NCBI GenBank assembly: GCA_018383195.1
Contig: JAGZOP010000001.1
Coordinates: 131,153-195,152 of the forward strand
DNA: 64,000 nt
Origin: Clostridiaceae bacterium
Lineage (GTDB): Bacteria; Bacillota; Clostridia; Oscillospirales; Butyricicoccaceae
Direction: 5' to 3'
Part shown: positions 29,117-38,983 of the stretch, one piece after another
Numbering within the stretch: the first letter of the stretch is position 1
Layout of the letters: each line of letters opens with the position of its first letter
Notes under the pieces: generated by a model
Told to the model about the DNA's origin: nothing
Seen by the model: the letters and a program-made list of their open reading frames with translations, nothing else
Database searches by the model: none
Made by a program: the position numbers and the translations under genes

Positions 29117-29656
29117 TTATCCGCCGTAGACCTCGGGCTTTAAAATGCCGATATACGGCAAATTGCGGTATTTCTCCGCATAATCAAGGCCGTAACCTAC
29201 GACAAACTCGTCGGGGATTTCAAAGCCCAGATAATCAATCGGAACCTCCACCTTATGGCGCTCCGGCTTGGAAAGCAGGGTGCACAGGCGGATGGAGTTT
29301 GCACCGCGCGCATTGAGCACCTTCATCAGGTAGCTAAGCGTCACGCCGCTGTCGAGGATATCCTCAACGATAATGAGATCACGGCCTTCGATCTTCTGAC
29401 CGATGTCCTTGATGATCTGCACCTCGCCGCTGGTCTTGGTGCCCTGCCCATAGCTGGATACCACCATGAAATCCACATTGCACGGCGTGTCGATATGGCG
29501 CGTCAGGTCTGCCATGAACACATAGCTGCCCTTGAGCACGCTGACAACAAGCGGATTCTTGCCCGCGTAATCAGCTGTGATGCGCGCGCCAAGCTCCGCA
29601 ACCTTTTCTGCGAGCTGCTCTTCTGAAAACAGAATTTCTTTAATATCGTTTTTCAT
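29117..29656 (-). CDS. hpt: Hypoxanthine phosphoribosyltransferase
   Basis: 179 aa. It has the PRTase motif LIIVEDILDSGVTL. Confidence 0.9.
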   Translation of the reverse strand: MKNDIKEILFSEEQLAEKVAELGARITADYAGKNPLVVSVLKGSYVFMADLTRHIDTPCNVDFMVVSSYGQGTKTSGEVQIIKDIGQKIEGRDLIIVEDILDSGVTLSYLMKVLNARGANSIRLCTLLSKPERHKVEVPIDYLGFEIPDEFVVGYGLDYAEKYRNLPYIGILKPEVYGG

Positions 29657-29662
29657 CTCACA

Positions 29663-31003
29663 TTACCCCTCGAATCGAATCTCAAAGATGCCGCCCTGTC
29701 CCGGGCAGCGGCTGATGTCCGTTCCAACCGACTGCACTGCAATCACACCGTTTTGATCGGCGAGTACCGCAAGTGTCCCGCGCTGCGGCGCCGGAATTTT
29801 TTTGTCGATCAGAATTTTTTTCAGTGGTCTGCTTCCGCCGTGCCTATTCAGCCGCAGACGGTCTCCCGTGCGGCGGGTGCGCAGAACGAAAGTAGGTATG
29901 TCTATTGTATCACAACCGACGTAAAAAGTATTGAATGAATTGTAAAAAACCTGATTTTTTTGCACGGGACGCACGGTCACACGCGCCGCGCCCGCACCAA
30001 GCCTGCCATCAAACGGAATCCTGACCGGAATCTGCTCGAAATCTGCCGGTTTCTGCTTCTTTTCCACCCGGAGCAGGTCATACTCCCGGCGTGCGGCAAA
30101 CCCGGCAGGCAAATCTATCTGTGCAGACGGATTCGGATTGCGAAGCAGCGCCTCGAGCGCCGCCACATGGCGCGCAGTAAAGTCCCGCGCCGGCATGCCG
30201 CTCTGTTGGCAGGCAATGCGAAGCGCCCGCGTCCGAAGCGCCGGATGCGCATCTGCAAGCAGCTCTGCTCTCCATCCTCCATCCTGCGCCGCCTGTGACA
30301 GCAGCGCCTGCGCCTGTTCCTCGAGATAATCCCGGTCAGTGCGCAGCCGCGCAGTGAGTGCCGATACAGTCTCCGCCGCCTGCGGATTGAGCGCGCGCAG
30401 CACTGGCACTACCTCCTGCCGGATACGGTTGCGCGTATAGGCAGGCTGCAAATTGGTGCTGTCGGTGACAAATTCCTGTCCTCTGGACGCGAGAAAGGCT
30501 TCCACTTCCTCCCGTGTGCACGCAATGAGCGGCCGCACAATCCCCTCCCGCACAGGCGGGATACCGCACAGTCCGTCCAGTCCGGAGCCGCGTGCCAGAT
30601 GAAACAGCACCGTCTCCAGATTGTCGTCCGCGGTATGCGCCGTCGCAGTCTTGCGCCCGTCCGCAATCTCCGCAAAAAAAGCGTACCGCAGATTGCGCGC
30701 CGCAGTTTCAACGCTCTCGTGCACTTTGCGTGCATATGCCGCCGCATCTGCATGCCGCACGGTCAGCGCAATGCCAAGCTTTGCGCACAAGCTGCGGCAA
30801 AACTGCTCGTCCCGATCTGCCTCCGCGCCGCGCAAACCATGATGCAGATGGCACGCGGATACCGGAATCCCCAATTCTGTGAGCGCGAGCAGCAGTGCAA
30901 CCGAATCCGCGCCGCCCGACAGCGCGGCAAGTACCGGTTCATTTGTCTCCAACATGTGGTGGGCTTCCATGGTCTGCCGCACCTTTTGCACAAATTTATC
31001 CAT
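29663..31003 (-). CDS. tilS: tRNA(Ile)-lysidine synthetase
   Basis: It has the PP-loop SGGADSVALL. I took the start at MDKFVQKV; the track ORF runs 91 codons further upstream into dnaB. Its ATG overlaps the dnaB stop (ATGGATAA). Confidence 0.85.
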   Translation of the reverse strand: MDKFVQKVRQTMEAHHMLETNEPVLAALSGGADSVALLLALTELGIPVSACHLHHGLRGAEADRDEQFCRSLCAKLGIALTVRHADAAAYARKVHESVETAARNLRYAFFAEIADGRKTATAHTADDNLETVLFHLARGSGLDGLCGIPPVREGIVRPLIACTREEVEAFLASRGQEFVTDSTNLQPAYTRNRIRQEVVPVLRALNPQAAETVSALTARLRTDRDYLEEQAQALLSQAAQDGGWRAELLADAHPALRTRALRIACQQSGMPARDFTARHVAALEALLRNPNPSAQIDLPAGFAARREYDLLRVEKKQKPADFEQIPVRIPFDGRLGAGAARVTVRPVQKNQVFYNSFNTFYVGCDTIDIPTFVLRTRRTGDRLRLNRHGGSRPLKKILIDKKIPAPQRGTLAVLADQNGVIAVQSVGTDISRCPGQGGIFEIRFEG

Positions 31004-32327
31004 GGACGCGGTCCTGGCTTGAGAAGGTGGTATACTGACCAATCCATTGCAGGTGGACCGAACCGGTTGCGCCGTGACGGTTCTTCGCAATGATGATTTC
31101 CGCGACGTTTTTGTCCTCGCTGTCCTCATTGTAGTAGTCGTCGCGGTAAATGAACATAACAATGTCGGCATCCTGCTCGATTGCGCCCGATTCACGCAGG
31201 TCGGAAAGCATCGGCTTTTTGTCCGCACGCTGCTCTGCCGCACGCGACAGCTGTGACAGGCACACAACCGGCACATTCAGTTCCTTTGCCATAATTTTAA
31301 GCGAACGGGAAATCTCTGCGACTTCCTGCGTGCGGTTGTCGCTCTTGCGGCCGCCCGACTGCATGAGCTGCAAGTAGTCGATGACAATCAGCCCCAGCCC
31401 TTCGCCCAAACGCCGGCACTTCGCCTTGATTTCAGCTACCGTAATTGCCGGATTATCGTCCACGTAAATACGGGTTTTCGCAAGTACATTGGTCGCACGC
31501 GCAATTTTAATCCAGTCATCCTCTGCCAGATTGCCAGTTTTCAGTTTTTGAGACTCAATCAGCGCCTCGCTTGCCAGAAAGCGGGAGGCAAGCTGATCTT
31601 TGCTCATTTCAAGCTGAAACACTACGACATCTTTTTTGCTTGACTTTGCGGCATTGAGCGCAATGTTGAGCGCAAATGCCGTCTTACCCATACCAGGGCG
31701 TGCCGCAACCAGAATCAGGTCGGACTTGTTCAGTCCGGTGAGCGCATGGTCAAGGTCACGGAACCCGGTCGAGATGCCCGGAATATCGCTGTCCGACCGG
31801 CTGCGCTCGTCAAGCTGTGCATACAAATCCATGATGACGCTCTTGATATGGCTGAGCCCCTTGATCTCGCGTCCCTGCCGCACATTATAAATCTTCTGCT
31901 CGGCAAGCTCTGCGATATCCGCGGCAGTGCCGCCGCCTTCAAACGCCAGCTTCTCAATCTCCGCGCCCGCAGCCGCAATCGCACGCAGCATGCTCTTGTC
32001 CCGCACAATGGCGGCGTATTCCTGTACACCCGCCGCAGTCGGCGTGACGTCCATCAGCTGCATCAGATAAGCACGTCCGCCTGCATCATCATACAGCCCC
32101 GCACTTTTCAGTTGATCGAGCACGGTTACCGCATCAATCCGCATGGCGTTGTTGAACATCGAATAAACGGTTTCAAAGATACGCCGGTTTTCTTCGGTAT
32201 AAAAGTCATCCGGCCGGAGCTGCTCGATGACCACCGGGATACACTCCGGGTCGATCAGCATCGAGCCGATGACCGCCTGCTCTGCCTCCGCGCTCTGCGG
32301 AAGCTGACGTGCCAGCAGCTCATCCAT
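30996..32327 (-). CDS. dnaB: Replicative DNA helicase DnaB
   Basis: 443 aa. It has an N-terminal DnaB domain and a RecA-like C-terminal domain (GMGKTAFALN, Walker B IVIDYLQLM). Confidence 0.95.
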   Translation of the reverse strand: MDELLARQLPQSAEAEQAVIGSMLIDPECIPVVIEQLRPDDFYTEENRRIFETVYSMFNNAMRIDAVTVLDQLKSAGLYDDAGGRAYLMQLMDVTPTAAGVQEYAAIVRDKSMLRAIAAAGAEIEKLAFEGGGTAADIAELAEQKIYNVRQGREIKGLSHIKSVIMDLYAQLDERSRSDSDIPGISTGFRDLDHALTGLNKSDLILVAARPGMGKTAFALNIALNAAKSSKKDVVVFQLEMSKDQLASRFLASEALIESQKLKTGNLAEDDWIKIARATNVLAKTRIYVDDNPAITVAEIKAKCRRLGEGLGLIVIDYLQLMQSGGRKSDNRTQEVAEISRSLKIMAKELNVPVVCLSQLSRAAEQRADKKPMLSDLRESGAIEQDADIVMFIYRDDYYNEDSEDKNVAEIIIAKNRHGATGSVHLQWIGQYTTFSSQDRVHG

Positions 32328-32390
32328 ACGCGTCCCTCCTTATTCAAAAGAAGAATGGGCGGAAAACTTTCGCCCATTCGATGGATTCTG

Positions 32391-32837
32391 TTATGCTTCG
32401 ACAACCTGAACGTGGATTTCGCCGGCAATCTCGGTGTACAGCTTCGCCTTAACATTGTAAGTGCCGAACGCCTTGATCTGCTCATCGAGCACAATCTTGT
32501 TCTTTGCAATCTCAATGCCGTGCTGCGCCTTGAGCGCTTCCGAAATTTCCTTTGCAGTGACCGCGCCGAACAGACGGCCGCCTGCGCCGCCCTTTGCCTT
32601 GATCTCCACCTTGAGTTCTTTGAGTTTCGCTGCAATATCACGCGCATTCTGCTGCTCGAGCGCAATGCGGCGTGCATGTGCCTCGTCTGCCTGACGCTTG
32701 AGGTTCAGGTTGTCCGCAGTTGCAAGTTCCGCAAGACCGCGCGGCATCAGGAAATTGCGACCATATCCTTCGCTGACCTCAATGAGATCTCCCTTTTTGC
32801 CCTTGCCCTTTACATCTGCCTTTAAAATTACTTTCAT
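32391..32837 (-). CDS. rplI: 50S ribosomal protein L9
   Basis: It starts [34 protein letters not shown]. The track ORF has 15 extra upstream codons. Confidence 0.9.
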   Translation of the reverse strand: MKVILKADVKGKGKKGDLIEVSEGYGRNFLMPRGLAELATADNLNLKRQADEAHARRIALEQQNARDIAAKLKELKVEIKAKGGAGGRLFGAVTAKEISEALKAQHGIEIAKNKIVLDEQIKAFGTYNVKAKLYTEIAGEIHVQVVEA

Positions 32838-32881
32838 CGCTGATTTCCTCCAAAAATAATCACTCGCTGCGCAAACGCGCA

Positions 32882-34885
32882 TTATGTTTTATCCGACCGG
32901 TCGTTTTCCGCCAGATATTCACTAACTGCATCCAAAACACGCGGCTCTGCCTCTTCCACCGCGACGCCGCGCAGCTGCGCGCCCGCCGAGGTGATATTGC
33001 CGCCGCCGCCCAGTTTTTCCATGATGATCTGTACGTTAATCTGCCCCAAAGAGCGGGCGGATACGATGGTATCCTCTCCCTGCCGGAACGCTACGACGCT
33101 CGCACGCACGCCGATGATATTGAGCAGTGCATCTGCCGCCTGCGCTGCAAGCGCACGGTCGGGGATTTCTTCCTCCGAAACTGCCAAAATCACACCGCCG
33201 CCGCAGTCACGCGCCGCCGAAATGATCTTCTGGCACATCATGTATTCCTGGAATGTGGATTGGAAAAGCTTCTTCACTTCGACCATTTCGGCGCCTGCGC
33301 GCTTCAAATATGCCGCAGCCTCAAAGGTGCGCACACCGGTCTTAATTGAAAAGCCCTTGGTATCCAGATAGATACCCGCAAGCAGGCACTCTGCCTCCTC
33401 GCGCTGAATCTCGCTGGTCTGCACCATGTACTGCAAAAGCTCGCTCACCAACTCGGATGCCGAGGACGCATACGGCTCGTGCAGGTTTAGGGCAAAGTTC
33501 TCGATGTAGCTCGCCGCACGGCGATGATGGTCCACGACTGCCACCTTATTGATGGATTCCAGAAGCGGCGGGGATTCGACATAGTCCGGCCGGTTGGTGT
33601 CTACAATAATCAGCAGCGTATTGTAGTCGCACGAAACCATCGCTTCGTCCGGTTCGATGAACAGTCCGCTGTTTCCTTCGACTGCCTCGATCCTGTCGAT
33701 CAGTTCCTTCGCCAGCGTGCGGTCTTTGCGCACAACGATATGCACCGGCTTGCCATGAACCCGCACCGCGCATGCCATACCGACCGCAGCGCCGACCGAA
33801 TCCATATCGCTCGACTGATGCCCCATAATCATGACCTGCGAAGAGTCGCGGATGAGCTGCATCAGCGCATTTGCAACCACGCGGGACTTGACCTTGGTTC
33901 GTTTCTCCAGTTCCTTGGACAGACCGCCAAAGAACTCGAAATTGTACTTGGTCTTGATGACCGCCTGATCGCCGCCGCGCGAAAGCGCCATATCGAGCGC
34001 AACACAGGCGAAGCGGTAGCATTCCGAGAACGTTTCGCCCTCCTTGCCGATGCCGATGGACAGTGTAGCGACCACGCCTGAGCGGCTTTGAATCGAGCGG
34101 ACATCGTCGAGTACGCTGAACTTCTTCGCCGCTAGTTTGCTGAGATCTCCGCTTTCCAGCACAAAAATGTATTTATCACGATCAAACTTGCGCAGCAGCG
34201 AACGGCTGTCCTCTGCCCACTGCGCAATTTTACGGTCAATTTCCGCAAGGATGCTCGACTTTTCCGAGTCGGTTGCGTTTTTGGTCAGCTCCTCATAGTT
34301 GTCAATCGAAATGATGGACACAATCGGGCGGCTGAGCGTATAGCGGTCGCGGCAGTGGATGTACTCGGTGCACGGCACAAAGTACAGCACCAGCAGCACC
34401 TCGTCCACGTCCTTCTCGGTCATCAGGCTGCCGTAAACCCAGAAAAAGCGCTGATCGATTTGGAGCTCTCCCGGATACTGCCCCTTTCCTTCTGCCAGCC
34501 AGTGGGTATCAAAATCCGGCGCAAGTTCACGGAAGCTTGTATTGGGCGCACAGTCCCAATGTCCGGTTGCCTCGCAAAATGCATCGTTTGTCCATAAAAT
34601 ATCATTCGTGGACGCACGCACAATAATCGTAGGCAGCGGGAAGTCAATGATGGACGACCGCGAACTATGTCCGGCATCTAGCGTCACACCCTGTAAATAG
34701 ACCATCATCTCCCGGCGGCGGCGTTTTTCCCGCTCTCGGTAGACGACATACATACATGCGCAGACAGCCACACCAATCGCAGCCATCACGGGGGAAACAT
34801 AGGCACAGGACAGCGCAAACAGCAGAAAAATCGCAAAATAAAAGTGATATCCCGGCTGTATCAATCTTTTGAGCTTCTTGTCCAA
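32882..34885 (-). CDS. gdpP: GdpP/YybT-type c-di-AMP phosphodiesterase (TM, PAS, degenerate GGDEF, DHH-DHHA1)
   Basis: 667 aa. It has 2 N-terminal TM helices, a DHH domain ([22 protein letters not shown]) and a DHHA1 domain ([12 protein letters not shown]). The conserved gdpP-rplI-dnaB synteny supports the call. Confidence 0.85.
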   Translation of the reverse strand: MDKKLKRLIQPGYHFYFAIFLLFALSCAYVSPVMAAIGVAVCACMYVVYREREKRRRREMMVYLQGVTLDAGHSSRSSIIDFPLPTIIVRASTNDILWTNDAFCEATGHWDCAPNTSFRELAPDFDTHWLAEGKGQYPGELQIDQRFFWVYGSLMTEKDVDEVLLVLYFVPCTEYIHCRDRYTLSRPIVSIISIDNYEELTKNATDSEKSSILAEIDRKIAQWAEDSRSLLRKFDRDKYIFVLESGDLSKLAAKKFSVLDDVRSIQSRSGVVATLSIGIGKEGETFSECYRFACVALDMALSRGGDQAVIKTKYNFEFFGGLSKELEKRTKVKSRVVANALMQLIRDSSQVMIMGHQSSDMDSVGAAVGMACAVRVHGKPVHIVVRKDRTLAKELIDRIEAVEGNSGLFIEPDEAMVSCDYNTLLIIVDTNRPDYVESPPLLESINKVAVVDHHRRAASYIENFALNLHEPYASSASELVSELLQYMVQTSEIQREEAECLLAGIYLDTKGFSIKTGVRTFEAAAYLKRAGAEMVEVKKLFQSTFQEYMMCQKIISAARDCGGGVILAVSEEEIPDRALAAQAADALLNIIGVRASVVAFRQGEDTIVSARSLGQINVQIIMEKLGGGGNITSAGAQLRGVAVEEAEPRVLDAVSEYLAENDRSDKT

Positions 34886-35046
34886 AAGGCCCGCACCTCC
34901 TATACAGACAAATTTACATGATACAGTATAACATTTCGCCCCCCTTTACGCAAGCGCATTGTGCGAAAGCACGTCTGATTCTTTGCTTGCGCACATCCTA
35001 GAGTTTGTGGTATGTTAAAAGCATCAATCCCAAGGAGGACGCAAAC

Positions 35047-35418
35047 ATGCAGTTTCGTTTTGCACACAACAATTTCAACGTCCGCGATCTGGATCGCTCT
35101 CTAACCTTTTATGCGGAGTCGCTCGGTCTGACCGAATCCCGCCGCATCGAAGCGCCGGACGGCTCTTTCATCATCGTCTATCTGACCGACGGCGTGACCG
35201 AACATTTGCTTGAACTGACTTGGCTGCGCGACTGGGATCGCGCTTACAACCTCGGCGACAATGAATTCCACCTTGCGCTGCGCGTGGATGATTTTGCCGC
35301 TGCCCATGCAAAGCATCAGGAAATGGGCTGTATCTGCTTTGAAAATGAAGCAATGGGCATCTATTTTATCAGTGATCCGGACAACTACTGGATTGAAATT
35401 ATTCCGGCATCCATGTAA
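35047..35418 (+). CDS. VOC/glyoxalase-family protein
   Basis: 124 aa from MQFRFAHNNFNVRDLDRSLTFY, which resembles the glyoxalase I beta-alpha-beta-beta-beta module. A terminator follows it. Confidence 0.75.
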   Translation: MQFRFAHNNFNVRDLDRSLTFYAESLGLTESRRIEAPDGSFIIVYLTDGVTEHLLELTWLRDWDRAYNLGDNEFHLALRVDDFAAAHAKHQEMGCICFENEAMGIYFISDPDNYWIEIIPASM

Positions 35419-35420
35419 AC

Positions 35421-35456
35421 GCAGACGGCGCCTCCGTGCAGGGGCGCCGTTCTTTT
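35421..35456 (+). terminator. Terminator of the VOC gene
   Basis: The sequence GACGGCGCCtccgtgcaGGGGCGCCGTTCTTTTTG forms a stem followed by a U-tract. Confidence 0.75.
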
Positions 35457-35465
35457 TGCAAAAGT

Positions 35466-35510
35466 GTAACCAAACTTTTGGTTTACAAATCACATCTTCT
35501 GTGATATAAT
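35466..35510 (+). promoter_or_regulatory. Near-consensus sigma-A promoter of the SLH-protein gene with two inverted repeats
   Basis: It has TTTACA (35482-87), a 17-nt spacer, then the extended -10 TGATATAAT ending at 35510. An imperfect palindrome gtaaccaaacttttggtttac (35466-86) overlaps the -35. A perfect inverted repeat ATCACA-n5-TGTGAT (35489-35505) lies in the spacer. Confidence 0.55.
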
Positions 35511-35562
35511 ATGCAAAGCTCTTTTATACCCTTTTCTGAATTATTATCAAGGAGGCTTAATT

Positions 35563-36618
35563 GTGCATAAAAAACGTATTTTTGCGGCTCTTTTAGCCGC
35601 TGTTGCCCTGTGTTCTGCGTTTATCTACGCATCGGCAGCCGATGTCGTCCAAAAGGACGGTCTGGTCTATATTCCTGACCATTCTGTATTTTTTGCCGAC
35701 GTTGACGAGCACTATGCGTGGGCAGTTCAGCCGGTCGATTATCTTGCGAACCACAAGGTAATCAGCGGCACGGCAGATTGTGTGTACAGTCCGGAACGTG
35801 CGCTCAGCCGCGCAGATTTTGTCACCATGCTTACCCGCGCGTATGATATGAACGATTATGTCGGCGGCGGCAGCTTTTCCGATGTGCCGGACGGCGCATA
35901 TTACAGTGATGCGGTCAGCGCAACCAAAAATCTCGGCATTGTTTCGGGGGACGGCAGCGGGAAATTCAATCCCAAAAGCGCCCTGACCCGTCAGGATGCC
36001 ATGGTCATGATGCGCCGCACGCTGGACAAAACCGGCCTGAAGTTTGCCGAAGGCAGCCTGTCTGCGTTTTCCGATGCAAAAACGGTTTCTGCCTATGCGC
36101 AGAACGATGTTGCAGCGCTTGCGAAAGCCGGCATCATCAGCGGCGCAAACGGCAAGGTAAGCCCGAAGAATTCGGTCACCCGTGCGGAAATGGCGGTCAT
36201 GCTGTACCGCGCGATGATGCTCCAGCCGGACGAAACGGGTGCTCCGGTCTACACCCCGCATTCAAATGTGGTCAACCTCTGCATCGGCGAATCCTTCTAT
36301 CCCAATGTCACAGTAGAAAACGCCGAAGCGGGTCAGACTTTCTCCGGGCTTTACACCTGTGAAACCATGCGCGGCGAGGGGGAGGACTTCACAGTTTCTC
36401 TCGGCGCATCCCGCAAGACCGATCAGACCATTGTCTGGAAAGATGGGATTCTTTCGGTCAACGGTGAAACCGTTTCGGTTTCCGAAAACTGCGCTGCGAT
36501 TTCGCTCAGCCCCTACGGACTGATTTCGGGCGGTCTGGTTTCGACCGGCAGCACCTACAAATCCGCAGCCGTTTCTCTTGTGGACGGCGTAGTGACAGCA
36601 GTCTACTATGCAAAGTAA
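35563..36618 (+). CDS. Secreted S-layer-homology (SLH) domain protein
   Basis: 351 aa. It has a GTG start after AGGAGG, a signal peptide (ALLAAVALCSAFIYASA), and three SLH repeats (FADVDEHYAW..., FSDVPDGAYYSDAV..., FSDAKTVSAYAQNDV...). Confidence 0.8.
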   Translation: MHKKRIFAALLAAVALCSAFIYASAADVVQKDGLVYIPDHSVFFADVDEHYAWAVQPVDYLANHKVISGTADCVYSPERALSRADFVTMLTRAYDMNDYVGGGSFSDVPDGAYYSDAVSATKNLGIVSGDGSGKFNPKSALTRQDAMVMMRRTLDKTGLKFAEGSLSAFSDAKTVSAYAQNDVAALAKAGIISGANGKVSPKNSVTRAEMAVMLYRAMMLQPDETGAPVYTPHSNVVNLCIGESFYPNVTVENAEAGQTFSGLYTCETMRGEGEDFTVSLGASRKTDQTIVWKDGILSVNGETVSVSENCAAISLSPYGLISGGLVSTGSTYKSAAVSLVDGVVTAVYYAK

Positions 36619-36650
36619 AAAAAGAGCTGGCGCGATGCCAGCTCTTTTTT

Positions 36651-37421
36651 TCATGTCTTTTTGCGGAAAACCCAGAGGGAGACGCCAAGAATCAGCACCA
36701 CGATGCCGCCTGACGCATACAGGCAGACCGGATGCCCATTTTTCCACCCGCTGTTCCAATCCTGCGGACGCAAGGCATCCTCCATATATTCTGCCGCTGC
36801 GGCATAAAAATCCGCCGCGGAATAAACAGACTGATCCTGCACACCCCAGAACTCCGGAGAAGCGGTATAGGGGAGGATTCCAATTTCCCCATTTTGCAAA
36901 GCTGTGATAAAAATTGAGCCTTCATTTAGAATCCCGTAAATCCGCAGCTCTTCATACGCTGTAAACCCACTTTCTTGCAAAATCTGTTGAACCGTCTGCG
37001 GCTCAAAAACAAAATCGTACTGCGGCGATGCCGTTGTATGGATGCTGTACCCGGACTCTGCCGTCACCGCATCCAGCGGCTCCATCACCATGGCAACGGT
37101 TTTCTCTCCTCCCTCCCGCGCAGCGGGAATCATCCAATTCGCCTGTTCTGCCGGAATTTCTGTCCACTCACCCTGTGCCGCAGCCGTTAAAAAGGTTTTC
37201 CACGCCTCCATTTCGACATATGGAATGCGAACTGCTTTCTCAAAATCCAGTGCAAATTCCTGTGTTCCTCCTGCGCGCAGCATTTCTTCCAGATATCCCT
37301 GGCCCGCCGTCAAATCTCCATCCATCTTTTCTTCCCGAAAATCATAGGCAGATGCCTGCGCACACAGAAAAGAAGCCGCCGCAGCGCAGCAGATCAGCCG
37401 TTTCCTCCAATGCCTTTTCAT
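36651..37421 (-). CDS. Hypothetical exported protein with a C-terminal TM anchor
   Basis: 256 aa. It has a signal-like N-terminus (LICCAAAASFLCAQASA) and a C-terminal hydrophobic helix followed by RKKT. I recognised no domain. Confidence 0.4.
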   Translation of the reverse strand: MKRHWRKRLICCAAAASFLCAQASAYDFREEKMDGDLTAGQGYLEEMLRAGGTQEFALDFEKAVRIPYVEMEAWKTFLTAAAQGEWTEIPAEQANWMIPAAREGGEKTVAMVMEPLDAVTAESGYSIHTTASPQYDFVFEPQTVQQILQESGFTAYEELRIYGILNEGSIFITALQNGEIGILPYTASPEFWGVQDQSVYSAADFYAAAAEYMEDALRPQDWNSGWKNGHPVCLYASGGIVVLILGVSLWVFRKKT

Positions 37422-37567
37422 AGAGAGGCCCTCCTCTAGCGCGAAAATCGTCCGATTGCCTGTTTTTCTTTCTTTTAAGATAGCATTATTTCCTTTTGCT
37501 GCCCACTGGAATTTTCAACAAAATTCCTCCTGTATTTTCTCCCCCTCATCCAAGACATTTGGATATG

Positions 37568-37604
37568 AAAAAATCCCCATCCGACCGGATGGGGATTTTG
37601 TTGT
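37568..37604. terminator. Rho-independent terminator downstream of rpsT (bidirectional)
   Basis: The sequence AAAAAATCCCCATCCG-acc-GGATGGGGATTTTGTTGT forms a stem flanked by A-runs upstream and T-runs downstream. Confidence 0.85.
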
Positions 37605-37613
37605 ATGCTAGAA

Positions 37614-37877
37614 TCAGCCAACTGCGTTGAGCTTCAGAGTCATTGCGCTCTTCTTGTTGGAGGCAGCATTCTTATGCATAAGATGCTTTGCAGCAGCCTT
37701 ATCCACAGCCTTAACGGCAGCCTTGTAAGCAGCCTCAGCCGCGGCCTTGTCACCGCTGACGATCGCCGCGTCAAACTTCTTGAGAACGGTCTTCAGTGCA
37801 GACTTGGCAGCCTGATTGTTCAGAGCCTTTACCTTTGTAACCTTTACACGCTTCTTTGCAGACTTGATATTCGGCAT
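37614..37877 (-). CDS. rpsT: 30S ribosomal protein S20
   Basis: 87 aa, starting MPNIKSAKKRVKVTKVKALNNQAAKSALKT. A strong terminator follows it. Confidence 0.9.
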   Translation of the reverse strand: MPNIKSAKKRVKVTKVKALNNQAAKSALKTVLKKFDAAIVSGDKAAAEAAYKAAVKAVDKAAAKHLMHKNAASNKKSAMTLKLNAVG

Positions 37878-37998
37878 TCCGATCCACCTCCTTGCTCTTA
37901 GCTAGTCATCAGTATTTATAATATTACCATCACTCCGCAAAAAAAGCAAGCATTATTTTTAACTTTTTGTAATAATTCTTGTACTGCGCTCAAACACT

Positions 37999-38931
37999 GT
38001 GAAAAAGGAGCTGATTTTGATGTCTTACCCCAATTCTTCCCTTTTTCGCACCGATCTTGCGCTTGAATCTTTGGAAATGAATCGGCGAGAAGCCCGCATT
38101 GCAGACGCGCTCCCCGGTATTGAAAGCCGCGAAACCCAGATAGAGGGATTTTCGGTCACCACGGTTCAGGTTGTCAATCAAACCGGCGCGCAAACGCTCG
38201 GGAAGCCGGTCGGAGTCTATGAAACACTCTTTCTGGACGGTTTGATGCGCCGCGAAGAGGATGCGTTCCCCCGTGCATGCCGCGCACTCGGCTCTCTGGT
38301 GCGTTCCCTGCTCCCCCAAGCCGCCGATGCTCCCGTGCTCGTTGCGGGGCTCGGCAACCGGCAAATTACGCCGGATGCCGTCGGTCCGCGCGCCGCAGAC
38401 TATGTCATTGCAACCCGTCATCTCACCACACATGAACCTGCCCTATTCGCTTCATGGCGCGCGGTATCGGCTGCCGCCCCCGGCGTACTCGGGCAAACCG
38501 GTGTCGAAACCGGTGAAATGCTTGCAGGATTGGTGGATACCATCCAGCCTGCGGCAGTCATCGCAGTGGACGCACTCGCAGCCGGCAGCCTGTCCCGCCT
38601 GACCCGCACGGTGCAAATTTCAGATGCAGGCATTGTGCCCGGCTCCGGGGTGGAAAATGCCCGCACGGCGCTCAACCAGGAAACCCTTGGCGTACCGGTG
38701 ATCGCAGTCGGCGTTCCAACCGTGGTAGACGGCGCGACACTCGCCCACGAGCTTGCGCGCACCTCCGGTCTGTCGCATGATGCGCTGCACGCACCGGCGC
38801 ATCCCATGATCGTCACCACGCGCGATATCGACCGCGAGGTAAGCGACCTGTCGCGTCTGATCGGATATGCACTCAATCTGGCGCTCCAGCCCGGTCTTTC
38901 TCTGGAAGAAATCGACCTTTATCTGTCATAA
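37999..38931 (+). CDS. gpr: Germination protease (spore endopeptidase) Gpr
   Basis: It has the conserved motifs TDLALE and GLGNRQITPDAVGP. The rpsT-gpr-spoIIP synteny matches Bacillus. The more likely start is the ATG at 38020 (MSYPNSS), which follows AAGGAG; the track begins at an upstream GTG. Confidence 0.85.
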   Translation: MKKELILMSYPNSSLFRTDLALESLEMNRREARIADALPGIESRETQIEGFSVTTVQVVNQTGAQTLGKPVGVYETLFLDGLMRREEDAFPRACRALGSLVRSLLPQAADAPVLVAGLGNRQITPDAVGPRAADYVIATRHLTTHEPALFASWRAVSAAAPGVLGQTGVETGEMLAGLVDTIQPAAVIAVDALAAGSLSRLTRTVQISDAGIVPGSGVENARTALNQETLGVPVIAVGVPTVVDGATLAHELARTSGLSHDALHAPAHPMIVTTRDIDREVSDLSRLIGYALNLALQPGLSLEEIDLYLS

Positions 38932-38983
38932 CTGCATTCCGTCTGCCATACAATAGAAACATTCCAAAACAAGGGGGCGACTT

